Below are positions 1-14,400 of a stretch of DNA of 64,000 nt, piece after piece. How positions within the stretch are numbered: the first letter of the stretch is position 1; the number at the start of each line of letters is the position of its first letter. Under the pieces are notes generated by a model. The model ran no database searches, was not told the origin of the DNA, and was given only the letters and a program-made list of their open reading frames with translations. Source of the stretch: Eledone cirrhosa (Eukaryota). The stretch lies in contig OZ024742.1 of the NCBI GenBank assembly GCA_964016885.1, positions 178,188,001 to 178,252,000 on the forward strand, read 5' to 3'. The position numbers and the translations under genes are program-made.

Positions 1-281
1 AGCATGTAACAGAAATAATATATATCATGCAATAAAGCAATGATGGTGACGTAACCCTGTCTTAAGTACTTTTAATTAATAAATATATATATATATATAT
101 ACGTAGCCGATTTCTCAGACTTTTACGAAGCAGTGAGGGGATAAAGATAGGGGATGAAGACCCTTAAAGACGGAAAAGAAAGTTGCCATCGGCCACTACG
201 AGGAATCGAACGCTGTATCTTCCAAATACCGGTTACCTATATATATAAATATACCGGCTGGAACAGGTAAAAGAGTAAAAG

Positions 282-342
<61 letters not shown>

Positions 343-1195
343 ATGTATGTAAATAGAGAGAAAAAGACGATTATTAAGAAGAAAGATATATTTTTTTACT
401 TTATTTTTTTCTTTTTTTCTGGGTTAGAAAATGTTTAAAACAAAATATTTTACTTTGTGTGAAGTGTTAAGGTATTAGTTAATTAGTTAATTTATTTATT
501 AATTAACAATGGCATTTATTTATTTATTTATTTATTTATATATTTAATAATTGTCTATTACCGGTTTCAGCATTTTATGTATTATCAAAGGGAGCAATTT
601 GTATTGGTATAAAATGTAGGAGAGAAGATAAGGTGATGTTGAACATGTTAAGGAAATGGGAAAGAAAGAATAATATTATTTACAAACAAGGTTTTTGAAG
701 TAAAAAGAAAAAAGAAAAAAGGGAATGATGTGGAACATGATAAGGTAATAGGAAAGAAAGAATAATATATATATATATATATTAATTAATATATTTATTA
801 ATTAAAGTAGTTAAGACAGGGTTACGTCACCGTCATTGCTTTATTGCATGATATATATTATTTCTGTTACATGCTGGCATGACAACAGGATGGGATTACC
901 TGACCAGGGACATATCCTCATGATTGCATAACTTCACCTATGATTGTATGAGAAGCTGATGAAGTCTCATGCATAACAATATAACAGAAATATATATCAT
1001 GCTATAGAGCAATTATGGTGAAGTAACCCCGCCTTAACTACTTTTAATTGATAAATGAATACTCTGTCACTCCTAATCACCAACTTTTAGCTGGGATAAA
1101 TTACTGACATGAAGTGCTTTTGGATCGTTTGACCCGGCTTATCATTGCGACATTACAGTGTAACATCCATGTATAAGCACCTTATCTTCTGCAAC
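1..1195. mobile_element. Cluster of short PLE-type termini with inverted repeats between (TA)n tracts
   Basis: 1-90 is the reverse complement of ~790-875, and ~970-1055 is a diverged further copy. A degenerate HHR-like CTGATGA...GAAATATATATC lies at ~956-1008 (+), and TTGATAA...GAAACCGGTA at ~559-588 (-). Confidence 0.55.
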
Positions 1196-1648
1196 TATAT
1201 ATATATATATATATCAGGAAAATAAGAAAAACAGTAGCAAATGCTAATGGGATTTTCTCATAGAATAACAGCAAAACATGTTTCTTCTTCTTCTTCTTCT
1301 TCTTCTTCTTCTTCTTCTTCTTCCTGTACCACTTCCACTACTACTACTGCAATTGTAGTCAACAACTAGTCAGACAATAACAAGGAACTAACCAAGGAGG
1401 GCAGAGAGAGAACGTGATACAGGAAAATGTAAACTATGTTCTTATACCCTCTTCTTATTAATATACACCTTAATTTTATTATACACTTTTTAATCATATT
1501 TCCTGTAGCACGAAGAAGCCTAAACAACTTGTGACTGAAACCGGTACGGTTAATTGGCTTTGTTAAATAAATGTTTTGCTGTTATTCTATGTGAAATTCC
1601 CTTTAGAATTTTCTACTGTTTTTCTTATTTTCCTAATATATATCAACT

Positions 1649-1749
<101 letters not shown>

Positions 1750-2337
1750 ATAAAAAAAGATCGATATAAAAAAAAGTACCAGTACTTACTGGTGTCAATT
1801 CTTCCACTATAGAAAAAATCGGCTGTTCAGACCTGGAGAGGGTTGTGCCCTAGACACACCGTACGACGTTGCCTCTACGACTCCACAAGGGGTTATGGGC
1901 TCTTTATCCTTTATCCTATATATAGAGTTTACGAAAGTCACTGATATTATTTCACCGATCTTCTTGTAGTTGTGAAACTGCATTTCATAATAGTTATATA
2001 GTGAGTGTAAATTTTATATTGCAAAACACAGAATGAATAAAATTATGTAGTCTATTATCTGCCTCCCTTTGTGAACCACAATATCATTAAATCTAAATGT
2101 AATATGTGTGGATAGAGTATGAGTGTGTCAATGTGTGTGTATGTGTTTGAGAGAGTGTATGTGTTGATTTATGTAGATATTTGTGTGCGTTTGTGTACGT
2201 GTATGTCTTACCGTGTTGTCATATACAGAGTCGAGTGAATATATTTGTGTGAGTATATGTTGAATTTTGTACATATTTCACTGTGTGTATATGTGTGTGT
2301 GTGTGTGTGGTCGTATATATATATATATATATATATA

Positions 2338-2532
2338 TAGGAACCAGTAAGACCCCGACAGCTGAGCTCAAGCCGTTTCGACGGCTAATTCTGAGTCCAG
2401 AATTAGCCGTCGAAACGGCTTCAGCTCAGCTGTCGGGGTCTTACTGGTTCCTATTACCCACTCTACTACCTCAAGTATTGAGTACTTTGGTGCGTTATGG
2501 TCCACCTGGTTCCTTACCACATTTCCTTCGTT
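2338..2532 (+). mobile_element. Short fold-back element (PLE pseudo-LTR family), copy 1
   Basis: A ~57-bp-arm palindrome (2338-2454) plus a unique tail, flanked by (TA)n. The same family occurs at 37738-37932 and, inverted, at 25020-25130 joined to a PLE RT fragment. Confidence 0.75.
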
Positions 2533-2690
2533 ATATATATATATATAAAGACGTGTCCATGTCTGATATACATATTTCTGAGTTTGTATGTGCTGTGCAG
2601 AGATGTGTGTATAAGTGTGTCTCTTTGTGTATGAGTATATGTGTTTGTGTGTGTATATGAGTATATATATGTATATATGTAAGTGAATAC

Positions 2691-2783
<93 letters not shown>

Positions 2784-3017
2784 CACGTGTATCTGCATGT
2801 GTGTGAACCTCGTAAATAAAACTCTATCTCATTCACTATTGTATATCAATCACTAAAAGTGAACAGTTTTCCATTGTAGCCATTGTGAATTCTTATGATG
2901 TCTTCTGTGGCAATGCTGACTATTTATAAAAACACACAGACTTCCAGCACAGCATCCGTCTTCATCAACCTTAAGTGATCTGTAATATTAATACACTTGC
3001 ACGGATGTGACGCAAAT

Positions 3018-3330
3018 GGCCATTTTCTTGTGTTGACGAAAGTGAAGGAATCAGTAACGGTGTGAAGCATAAAGAGGTGGTCATTTTCTTGTATGTTGAC
3101 TAAAGAAGGGAAGCAGAAAAGGTGTAAATCAGAAGAAAGGACTGCCATTTTCTTGTGTTGACGAACGGAAAGGAAGCAGTAACGGTGTGAAACAGAAGAA
3201 AGAGACAACCATTTTCATGAGTGTTAACGAAAAGGGGAAAAATCAACGGTGTGAATCAGAAGAAAGAGATAATTTACTTGGGAGTTGATGGAGAGGGTAG
3301 AAGAGTAATATTATAAGAAAGAAGAAAGAG
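3018..3330. repeat. Degenerate ~62-bp tandem repeat, ~5 copies
   Basis: CCATTTTCTTGTGTTGACGAA...AACGGTGTGAA recurs near 3020, 3082, 3145, 3209 and 3270. Confidence 0.7.
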
Positions 3331-3559
3331 AATGTCATTTACTTACAGTATAATACTGACATAAATGCACAAATATTCACGTACATATACAGGGTGGGCC
3401 AGAATTTATGACTCGCTTGTTAGTTATATTTCTTAACATGCTTATTTTATTGTTATTGATTAAATGAGTACCTGTGAGTGCTTACCGTATCTTGTTCATG
3501 ATGTTATGCCTGTATATGGTATCATATTCCTTAACTTGTTTTATAACATTTTGTGTTAA

Positions 3560-3583
3560 TCTATACATATATATAAAACTGAA

Positions 3584-3666
<83 letters not shown>

Positions 3667-5033
3667 TAATTTTTGTAAAGTCTATACAAATCCACATTTC
3701 TACTCCGATTGAATTCAAACTTGCATTTATATATTCCTTGCGGTCTAAAGATATTAACTGCAGCTTTTATTTTTTAATTTCCTGTTGTTAAAGTGGTGTT
3801 AGGCGCTGGTTAGCGATCTCTCTCTTTCTTAGTCTGTCTTTTTAGATAGATACATAGCTATAATATCTGTATGTATGTCTGTCTGTCTGTATTACGACAT
3901 TATGAAAACATTGTTCTCATTGCTGACGTATTATCTTCGTTATTTTCCGTTCATTGCCAGGGAACGTCTTCACAAACCAAAGTATCGTCTTCCTGTTTTC
4001 CTTCGGTTGCAACGTTTTTCGAAATATTTACTTCTGCGTTCACAAATTGATTTTTTTAGTTTCAGAAGATCCCGTTAAGAGTGAAAGCAGCGATTCTTTG
4101 CTTAAACTTTAATCTGTTATTTTAATATATATATATAATTATATATTCGTGTACAGATATTTTTACATGCACAAAAACAAAATATAAACAAACTTATTTA
4201 TTTCACGAAAGCACTGACGGCTTATTGTCATTGTTACTGCCGATATGCCACCCAAAAAGTCACACTACTTTTGGCGCAAGGACAGCAATTACATAGTCAA
4301 CGGTTCGGAAATCACATGCCTCACTGATGAGTTAGTCTTAGTGTTCTTCGTCCTACTTTTAGGTCATGCCTCGAAAGAAGAGATACTCCATTGGCTGAAA
4401 TACTGCGAAAGCGGCAAGGAAAAGAACAAGGCGGGCAAACGAATCGTCAGTGGAATCTGCTATTCGACAGTCGCAAGATGCTGAACGTACTGCCACCAGA
4501 AGAGCACTTGAAATAGACAACCAACGAACCATTCGCCGAACCGTGTCAGCTTTGCAATGTCTATCAACAAATCCCAGGGTCAGACCCTAGCTGTTGCTGG
4601 TCTTCTTTTGGAAGAGTCATGTTTTTCACATGGGCAACTATCCGCTGGATGCTCAAGAGTGGGAAGCAAGACAAATCTCTTTGCATATGCCCGACACGGA
4701 AGAACAAGGAACATTGTGTACAAGGAGGTGATACAATCATTGTTTAGGTAGACGAGGCAGAAGGCGATATACACGATTGGCTGAAGAAGCACGAGACTGT
4801 GTTAGTAGTACGACCAACGGCTGCTATCACACCAACAGCAGCAAAAACAACAACAAAAAACGCAATTACATGCTTTTGAAAAATCTTAATGGAAAATTAT
4901 TTGCCTAAGCACAAAATGTAGACACCATCCCAAGGCCGAGGTATTCCGTACTTCTCTGTACTGTTTCAGAAAGAAGTGATAAACATGCCAATCTATGTTT
5001 AGAAGCCCCAACAACGCCGGGCCATTCTACTAG
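3560..5033 (+). mobile_element. Non-autonomous Helitron
   Basis: 5' TCTATACATATATATAAAA, 3' CAACGCCGGG...CTAG, inserted between A and T. It retains a PIF1-helicase C-terminal remnant. Confidence 0.75.
4548..4751 (+). pseudogene. Helitron PIF1-type helicase C-terminal fragment
   Basis: FAMSINKSQGQTL...FSHGQL...SRV, matching PIF1 helicase motifs V-VI. Confidence 0.85.
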
Positions 5034-5399
5034 TAGATCTATAAATAATCAAGTGAGTCATGAATTCTGGCCCACCCTGTATATTGAGAACTGAAGCAGG
5101 TGGTGGTAGTAGTGATAGTTGTGGTAAAATATGATCAACAAAGACTGTAGTTAATTTTTTTTAACTATTCTATATATTTCTAATTGTCAGTTATTTAACT
5201 ATCATTAACTTAACTGAACCTTTTACAAAGAACTCAGTTTCCAGGTAGATTAACTTATTTAATGATAATGAAGCACATGGTGGAACATTTAAGAATATAG
5301 AAATTACTTACAACAAATATTGTTTAGTTAGTGGACAGTTATACGTTATTTATTTAGGGCTAGAATACTGGTTTTTAGGGCTAGAATACTGGTTTAAAC

Positions 5400-5570
5400 A
5401 ATTTTGGGGCAGGCAAAAGTCGATTGCATCGACTCCAGGTCTTTCCTGGTACTTTATTTTATCGACCCCATAAGGATGAAAGGCAAAGCTAACCTCGGCA
5501 AGATTTGAACTCAGATCATAAAGGGCCGTAACTCTATATCATAAAGCATGCTGTCCGATGCTGCCAATAT
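5400..5570 (-). mobile_element. tRNA-derived SINE (diverged)
   Basis: Reverse complement of the family core GAGTTCAAAT...CTTTGCCTTTCATCCTT..GGGGTCGATAAAATAAAGTACCAG. Confidence 0.75.
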
Positions 5571-6049
5571 TAACTGATGTTTTTGTTAGGATAGTTAAAA
5601 CTAATGAGCAAAGGAAACAAAGAGAGAAACTATAAGAAGCTGTTACATTATTGGTGTAAATTATGGTAATTATAATTAATGGTTTAATAATTTAAACAAC
5701 AGAAAGTTGAAATAACAAATATATGACAGAACAATTATTGTGTGTTAGCTACCAACTTCCGTGGCATTTCTACGGATGTTGGTAGCCGCCTAATTGTTAT
5801 CATTACTGGAAAGTGATGGTCGTGAGAGAAGTGCTGTCCCACAAAATATTTGTTAAAAGATAAGTGGATGTAGCGGGAATTGCTCAAATGACTGGCGGTG
5901 AGGTGGTCATTTGCCGATGGCCGGCTTGGTGATCGGGGTGACCTTGGATTTGTGCAATTGTTTAATTACCCCCTGGATGGTGCTTTACCTTCTCGTGGAT
6001 TTCTGATGTTATTACTTTATTATCACTTTGTTACCTGTTTTCTTTCTCT

Positions 6050-7380
6050 TCTTGCACTGTTCTTGTTTCTTACCCGTATTTCTCGCATAAAAGCCAATGG
6101 AGGTGTAAGCTCACTTTCCATATTCCAACATAACTTACACTTATTTTTTCATCTGAATTATACAAATGCCATATACTTTGTGTGTAGCGCTTGACCTTGA
6201 GCAGCTATTAACAAACTTTTCGTTTCTCTCTTAATATCCTCTTTTGTCAACCAATTCCAGGAAGTTTCTACTTTTAATGCTTTTGTTTTTCTTTCAAATT
6301 GACCATGTAATTCCATAGTCTCCCTTGTGCTCAGTTTCTCAGTCAACAGTCTCTGTAATTGTCTTTACTTTCAATGGTTTCGGTGTATAGATCTCGGCTT
6401 TTAGCAACATACCTTAAACTTTCCTCTTTACTACTGACCATATACGATTCTAAGGCCCTGTATTTGTTAGCCACGCAATCTGTCACACAATTCCTCGACT
6501 TCATACGTTCCGCAGTGTACATAGACTGATGACATTTGCCTTTAGATGTATTGCACCATTGTCAACCATTTTCTTTCCCGTTAAACTATCCAACTTCTCT
6601 ATCTCTAATTTAGTCCAATTCAAAATAGCCACACTCTATATCTAATAAATGACACAGCCCAGACATTGATAACGTTAATGAAGCTCTTCCTATTCAATTT
6701 CGTTTCCAGTAGTAGTCTTAAACTATTTAGATAGACTTCCTTCACAATTCCTTTCATTTTCTCATTTAGAAATTTGTCAAGCTCCAAAATGCCCAGATAT
6801 TTGTACCCACTATCTTCAGAGTCACCAATAGACTCTCCATCGGGTAACTCAATCCCACAACTATGTACATAACAATATCTTTTCATAGTCAGGCTGGCAC
6901 ATTTTGCAATACCAAAATCCATCCCAATGTCCCTACAACACCAGTTTTGGTCATTGAATCATTTTGAGAATCATTCCTGTCAGAGAGTTTCAGATCATCC
7001 AGGAAAAATAGATGATTGATCTTAGATCCTCTGTTTTCTTTCTGATAGCCGTAAGATCATTGACAATGGAATCATGCAATCAAAAAGAGCAATGGTGAAA
7101 AAGAATATCATTGAAATACTCCTCTTCTTATATTGGCCACACCTAAGTGTTTCTTTCCAGCATTCAGGTTTGTCTTCTACAAAGGTATACTAGAGTCCAT
7201 TACATCAACAATAGTCCCAAACATTATCAAATATTTCATTAAACATAAATGTGGGACAATGTCAAAGGTTTTCTGAGAGTCTATCCAAGCCAAATATAAA
7301 TCCTTTAGACGTTTTTTGTTAACAGCAAAATGATTTTGTTTCCCTCAGAATGTTTGTTATACTCCTTCAGCCTGACAGGT
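6050..7380 (-). pseudogene. Degenerate R4/Dong-type non-LTR retrotransposon RT
   Basis: Fragments NHLFFLDDLKL, MDFGIAKCA, YKYLGILE, LHGQF, SLLIAAQGQAL and HWLLCEKYG, with frameshifts. Confidence 0.75.
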
Positions 7381-7397
7381 AGCGATTTATTATTTTT

Positions 7398-7606
7398 AGC
7401 AGTATCGGTAGAGCGTCAGACACCCTGATTCACAGAATAGAGTAGCGGTCCAATGCGTTCTGAGTTCAAATCCCACCGAGGTTAGCTTTGCGTTTTATCC
7501 TTACGGGCTCGATTAAATAAAGTGCCAGTTACGCACTGGGGTCAATTTAATTGACTTCCCCTCCCAAAAATGTCTGACCTTGTACCTAAATCAGAAACCA
7601 TTATTA
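7398..7606 (+). mobile_element. tRNA-derived SINE
   Basis: GCAGTATCGGTAGAG A-box-like head, GAGTTCAAATC B-box, family core and an ATTATT tail. Confidence 0.8.
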
Positions 7607-7688
7607 CTTACATATACACCCACATATATATACGTATGCATACACACACGCACGCGCGCGCACAAATACACACACACATATATATATG

Positions 7689-7784
<96 letters not shown>

Positions 7785-8240
7785 TTTGTGCGCGCGCGTG
7801 CTAAGTTGTATACATCGCTTAAAAATATCCTTCTTCAGATGGGTTAAGGAGGAGGAATGAAACCGTACACCGGATCTCCCTGCAACAAGTCTTAACACCC
7901 CGGCGGGCAGGCGCTGCAAAATAACACCCAGGAAACTATCCTTGCATACCAGACCCAGCCTCAAACGACTCAAACAAACAGATGCGGCAAAAAAAAAAAA
8001 AAAAAACTCTCAAAATAAGCGTTGATTACATGCGTATCGACAATGGTAAGGTTGTAAGCTCATCTCGTAGCAGATAAACAAATTTGTCCGGGAAAGACTG
8101 CCCTAACACCGGCCAGAATTACCTCCCTTGACCTGCTGCAAAATCAAAACAAGCTATTTTTGCGAGCAATGAACCTTGACGTGGATTTATCCCCAAAAAC
8201 TCTTTCCGAGCAATGTAAGGAACACTTTTGATTATTTATG

Positions 8241-8276
8241 CCCTTGAGAAGCCCAACTGGGCGAAACGTACGTAGG
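8241..8276 (+). ncRNA. Minimal type I hammerhead ribozyme, U3-A8 core variant
   Basis: cc TTGAGAA GCCC aact GGGC GAAAC gtac GTA gg. Stem III is palindromic (ACGTACGT), and it lies ~170 bp before a (TA)n tract. Confidence 0.65.
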
Positions 8277-8641
8277 TGCTGTTTTAAATAAACATGTTTT
8301 AACGGTCTATTCTCCAATTTCTTGCTTTCCCACGTGCTTACGCTCTGCTAACTCTCTAGCCCACTAAATATTAACACTTCGAATATTTAATACTGCCGAC
8401 ACTAGTATCGAGCACCTTTGGCATACGCTACTTGGCAAATAACTATATATATCACCTATCTTCCCCTTTTTTCCCTCTCTCGATACGTAAATACTGTATA
8501 TATATATATATGTATGTATATATATATAGGTGTGTATATATATATATATAACTACATATATATAAATGCCTACATATATATATAAATATACATATAGATA
8601 GATGTGTTTGTGTGTGTGTGTGTGTGTGTGTGCAAAAGGCA

Positions 8642-10444
8642 GTATATATATATATGTATGTATATATATGTGTGTACATATATATATCTATCTATCTAAG
8701 GCGGGTAAAATTCCCGAGATCCATGGACGAGTTCTCTCCAGCGGTCTCTGTCCCTCATTATCGCTGCCATATCCTGCATCTCCAACAGACCAGTGTCTGT
8801 CCTTAGGATATCAACATATGTTAACCTTGGTCTTACTCTTCTAGTGTGTCCATGTAGGGGCTCCCAAAGGAGCACTGAGTGCAATGTCAACTCTGGATGT
8901 CGGTGAGCATGTCCAGCCAACCTCAGTCTCCTCTGTGTCACTTTTGAGCTGACTTTTGGGATGCTCCCATACAGCTCTGAGTTTTTCATCCTCAGAGTGT
9001 ACTGATTAATGTTCAGAGCCATCCTCAGCATTCTCGTGTAGCACCCATCCACCATCTGAGTGAGACTCTTGGTCAGTGTCCAAGTCTCAGACCCATGCAG
9101 CAGCACAGACCCCACTACAGCAATGAAGAGGCGGATTTTCAGGTCTCTACGAAGGTCCGACTTCCACACCGATCTCAAGCTGTGACACGCCGCCCAGGCC
9201 TTGCTCTTCCTCTCAACCACATCATCTTCCGTATTCCCAATCTTTGCTCCCAAATACAGGAAGTCCTCAACCAATTCCAGCGGCTTCCCGCCTACATTAG
9301 TGATCCCCTCTGGCTTCTCAACATTCTCTACCAGATATTTTGTTTTAGTCTCATTCATTCTCAGCCCCACACTCATCGACACAGTCTCAACCTCCCGCAT
9401 CAAATCCTCTGCCTCCTTCACTGTATTTGTCACCAAAACTATGTCGTCGGCAAATTCAGCATCCGATACCTTTTTCGCCCCAACTCTCCTGCTCTGAGCC
9501 GGTGCTACAGTAAAGCCAGTGTGGAGAGAGCGGTTGACAGATCTGGATGTAAGGAGAGCTGGATGATCATCAACGAGATCACAGGGAGGAAGAAAAGGTG
9601 TTCGAGTCAGATCCAGGGAACGGGGCCCGAGGATAGGAAGAGGAAATGGCTAGACCATTTTAGGACCCTACTAGGAGAGCCACCCTCCACAGCCCAGAGC
9701 ACTGGGGAGATCAGGTGGCTGTTTGAGGAACTGGATGTTGAGACAGAGCCCTTCACCAGAGAGGAGCTTCAGAGAGCCAAGAAGAAGATCAAGGAGGGCA
9801 AGGCTCATGGAGAAGATGGAGTGGCATCAGAGGTGATGAAGAGGTGTGATTTTGATGATATCATCCTGGGGTTCTGTAACGGGGCACTGGAGAAAGGAGT
9901 TGCCCCGAATCAGTGGAGGATCAGTAACATCGTCCCAGTGCCAACGAAGGGAGATCTTTCTAACACCAACAACTACCGGGGGATCTCACTGACGTCACTT
10001 GTGGCAAAGACCCTCAACAGGATGATTCTTAACAGGATCCAGCCTGAGATGGAGAAGAAGCTCAGGGACAACCAGAACGGCTTCAGAGAGGGAAGATCAA
10101 CCACCAGTCGCATCCTGATGCTGAGGAGGATATTAGAGGGAGCTAGAGCAAAGTGCCTTCCTGCGGTCATGGTTTTCATTGACTTTAGGAAGGCCTTTGA
10201 TTCTGTGGACCGTTACTGCCTGATGAAGATCTTACAGGCTTATGGAATCCCCAAGAAGATAGTGGACCTGATATCACTGCTCTACACCAACACCAAAGCC
10301 CAAGTCATTACACCTGATGGGATGACAGAGTTCTTTGAGATACTGGCTGGAGTGCTCCAGGGAGATACATTGGCTCCCTACCTTTTTATCATCGTAGTGG
10401 ACTATTGTATGCGCCTTGCACTGGAGAAACACTAGGACTCTGGC
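8642..10444 (-). mobile_element. RTE/RTEX-type LINE, 5'-truncated with 5' inversion, copy 1
   Basis: The RT N-terminal half is on + (9520-10444: YRGISL, QNGFR, FIDFRKAFDSV, GVLQGDTLAP). Its continuation is on - (9519-8696: FADD, FLYLG, GSETW, RRLRLAGH). Direct repeats at 8535-8641 and 10445-10569 form a long TSD. Confidence 0.9.
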
Positions 10445-10518
10445 TATATATATATATATAACTACATATATATAAATGCCTACATATATATATATATATA
10501 AATATACATATAGATAGA

Positions 10519-10560
<42 letters not shown>

Positions 10561-10637
10561 CAAAAGGCAAGCAGAAATAACAAAATGAAGAAATATATTG
10601 TTAGTTTTACACTTGATATAGTAGGAAAAGAGGCAGT

Positions 10638-10670
10638 CTTAACGTTTCGGACGCTAGTCCTTCATCAGAA
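10638..10670 (-). ncRNA. Minimal hammerhead ribozyme
   Basis: The minus strand reads tt CTGATGA a GGAC tagc GTCC GAAAC GTT aa. Stem I is short. Confidence 0.65.
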
Positions 10671-10847
10671 TATAGAATGAGAAATCAAAGAAGAATTAGA
10701 AAGATAGAGGAGAGTACGCAGTGGCAGAAACGAAAACAGAAAAAACAGGTCCATTCCAGTCGCCATCTGTTGGAAAACTGTTGATTCTGACATTGTTGTA
10801 TAAGTTGATCTTGTTTTAAAATACGTTGATCGAACGCGACGAACTGA

Positions 10848-10959
10848 TGAAGAAGAAGAAGAAGAAGAAGAAGAAGAAGAAGAAGAAGAAGAAGAAGAAG
10901 AAGAAGAAGAAGAAGAAGAAGAAGAAGAAGAAGAAGAAGAAGAAGAAGAAGAAGAAGAA
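10848..10959. repeat. (GAA)n microsatellite
   Basis: Pure GAA run. Confidence 0.95.
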
Positions 10960-11409
10960 TGATCTTGGTGTTGGTGATGATGATGATAATGAATTCTTTA
11001 TTCATTGATTTAGAAAACGACAAATCCCTCCCTATTTCTACACACAACTAAAACCTCTGAGCAATAGCACCAACCACGCCTTTCTTTCCCACTTTCCACT
11101 ATTACAACAGTAACAACAACAGCATTAACAATAACAACCACGCCTTTTCCTTTATACCTTTACACTAAAATAACAACAATAAAAACAATCACTCCTTTTC
11201 TTCCCTACTTTCTGCAAAACAACAACAACAACAATAACAATAACAACCTCGCCTTTTCTCCACCTCATTCCGCTAAAAGAAGATCAACAACCACACCTTT
11301 CTCTCGCTCTCTTCTTTTCCGCTTAAACAACAACAATAACAACAGCAACAACAACGACGACGACGACGACTTTCTTTGTTTCTTCCCCACCTTTCCTCGA
11401 AAATAACAA

Positions 11410-14400
11410 CTATAACAACAACAACAGCAACAACCACGCCATTCCCTTACACTTTTCCCACAATAACAGCACCAACAACAACAACAACAGCAACAACCAC
11501 GCTATTCCCTTCCACTTTCCCACAATAACAGCACCAACAACAATAACAACAGCAATAACCACGCCATTCCCTTCCACTTTCCCACAATAACAGCACCAAC
11601 AACAAAACAACAACAACAACCACGCCTTTCCCTTCCGCTTTCCCACAATAACAGCACCAACAACAATAACAACAACAACAACCGCGCCATTCCCTTACAC
11701 TTTCCCACAATAACAGCAACAACAACAATAACAACAAAAACAACCACGCCATTCCCTTCCACTTTCCCACAATAACAGCAACAACAACAATAACAACAAC
11801 AACAACCACGCCATTCCCTTCCACTTTCCCACAATAACAGCACCAACAACAACAACGACAGCCACAACCACGCCATTCCCTTCCACTTTCCCACAATAAC
11901 AGCACCAACAACAACAACAACAACAACAACCACGCCATTCCCTTCCACTTTCCCACAATAACAGCAACACAACAATAACAACAAAAACAACCACGCCATT
12001 CCCTTCCACTTTCCCACAATAACAGCACCAACAACAACAACAACAGCCACAACCACGCCATTCCCTTCCACTTTCCCACAATAACAGCACCAACAACAAT
12101 AACAACAGCCACAACCACGCCATTCCCTTCCACTTTCCCACAATAACAGCACCAACAACAACAACAACAACAACAACCACGCCATTCCCTTCCACTTTCC
12201 CACAATAACAGCAACACAACAATAACAACAAAAACAACCACGCCATTCCCTTCCACTTTCCCACAATAACAGCACCAACAACAACAACAACAGCCACAAC
12301 CACGCCATTCCCTTCCACTTTCCCACAATAACAGCACCAACAACAACAACGACAGCCACAACCACGCCATTCCCTTCCACTTTCCCACAATAACAGCACC
12401 AACAACAACAACAACAACAACAACCACGCCATTCCCTTCCACTTTCCCACAATAACAGCAACAGAACAATAACAACAAAAACAACCACGCCATTCCCTTC
12501 CACTTTCCCACAATAACAGCACCAACAACAAAACAACAGCAACAACCACGCCATTCCCTTCCACTTTCCCACAATAACAGCACCAACAACAATAACAACA
12601 GCAACAACCACGCCATTCCCTTCCACTTTCCCACAATAACAGCACCAACAACAAAACAACAACAACAACCACGCCATTCCCTTCCACTTTCCCACAATAA
12701 CAGCACCAACAACAACAACAACAGCAACAACCACGCCATTCCCTTCCACTTTCCCACAATAACAGCACCAACAACAATAACAACAGCAACAACCACGCCA
12801 TTCCCTTCCACTTTCCCACAATAACAGCACCAACAACAAAACAACAACAACAACCACGCCATTCCCTTCCACTTTCCAACAATAACAGCACCAACAACAA
12901 CAACAACAACCACGCCATTCCCTTCCACTTTCCCACAATAACAGCACCAACAACAACAACAACAACAACAACCACGCCATTCCCTTCCACTTTCCCACAA
13001 TAACAGCACCAACAACAACAACAACAACAACAACCACGCCATTCCCTTACACATTTCCCACAATAACAGCACCAACAACAATAACAACAGCAACAACCAC
13101 GCCATTCCCTTCCACTTTCCCACAATAACAGCACCAACAACAACAACAACAGCAACAACCACGCCATTCCCTTCCACTTTCCCACAATAACAGCACCAAC
13201 AACAAAACAACAACAACAACCACACCATTCCCTTCCACTTTCCCACAATAACAGCACCAACAACAAAACAACAACAACCACGCCATTCCCTTCCACTTTC
13301 CCACAATAACAGCACCAACATCAACAATAACAGCAACAACCACGCCATTCCCTTCCACTTTCCCACAATAACAGCACCAACAACAATAACAACAGCAACA
13401 ACCGCGCCATTCCCTTCCACTTTCCCACAATAACAGCACTAACAACAACAACAACAGCAACAACCAGGCCATTCCCTTACACTTTCCCACAATAACAGCA
13501 CCAACATCAACAATAACAGCAACAACCACGCCATTCCCTTCCACTTTCCCACAATAACAGCACCAACAACAAAACAACAACAACCACGCCATTCCCTTCC
13601 ACTTTCCCACAATAACAGCACCAACATCAACAATAACAGCAACAACCACGCCATTCCCTTCCACTTTCCCACAATAACAGCACCAACAACAACAACAACA
13701 GCAACAACCACGCCATTCCCTTCCACTTTCCCACAATAACAGCACCAACAACAATAACAACAGCAACAACCACGCCATTCCCTTCCACTTTCCCACAATA
13801 ACAGCACCAACAACAACAACAGCAACAACCACGCCATTCCCTTCCACTTTCCCACAATAACAGCACCAACAACAATAACAACAGCAACAACCACGCCATT
13901 CCCTTCCACTTTCCCACAATAACAGCAACAACAACAACAACAGCAACAACCACGCCATTCCCTTCCACTTTCCCACAATAACAGCACCAACAACAATAAC
14001 AACAGCAACAACCACGCCATTCCCTTCCACTTTCCCACAATAACAGCACCAACAACAAAAAAACAACAACAACCACGCCATTCCCTTACACTTTTCCCAC
14101 AATAACAGCAACAACAACAATAACAACAACAACAACCACGCCATTCCCTTTCACTTTCCCACAATAACAGCAACAACAACAATAACAACAGCAACAACCA
14201 CGCCATTCCCTTACACTTTTCCCACAATAACAGCAACAACAACAATAACAACAACAACAACCACGCCATTCCCTTCCACTTTCCCACAATAACAGCACCA
14301 ACAACAATAACAACAGCAACAACCACGCCATTCCCTTACACTTTCCCACAATAACAGCAACAACAACAATAACAACAACAACAACCACGCCATTCCCTTA

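Larger units (their letters stand above)
3390..5079. mobile_element. Tc1/mariner-type MITE with a nested Helitron
   Basis: TIRs CAGGGTGGGCCAGAATT(T/C)ATGACTC(G/A)CTT at 3390-3418 and 5051-5079, with TA on both sides. Confidence 0.85.

Noticed and set aside
2385-2430. Hammerhead in the 2338/37738 palindrome
   Set aside because: GAAAC follows a hairpin, but no CTGANGA half is present, so it is not callable.
9095-9519. N-terminal part of the 446-aa ORF as real protein
   Set aside because: It is the antisense of the LINE 3' half, fused in frame by the inversion.
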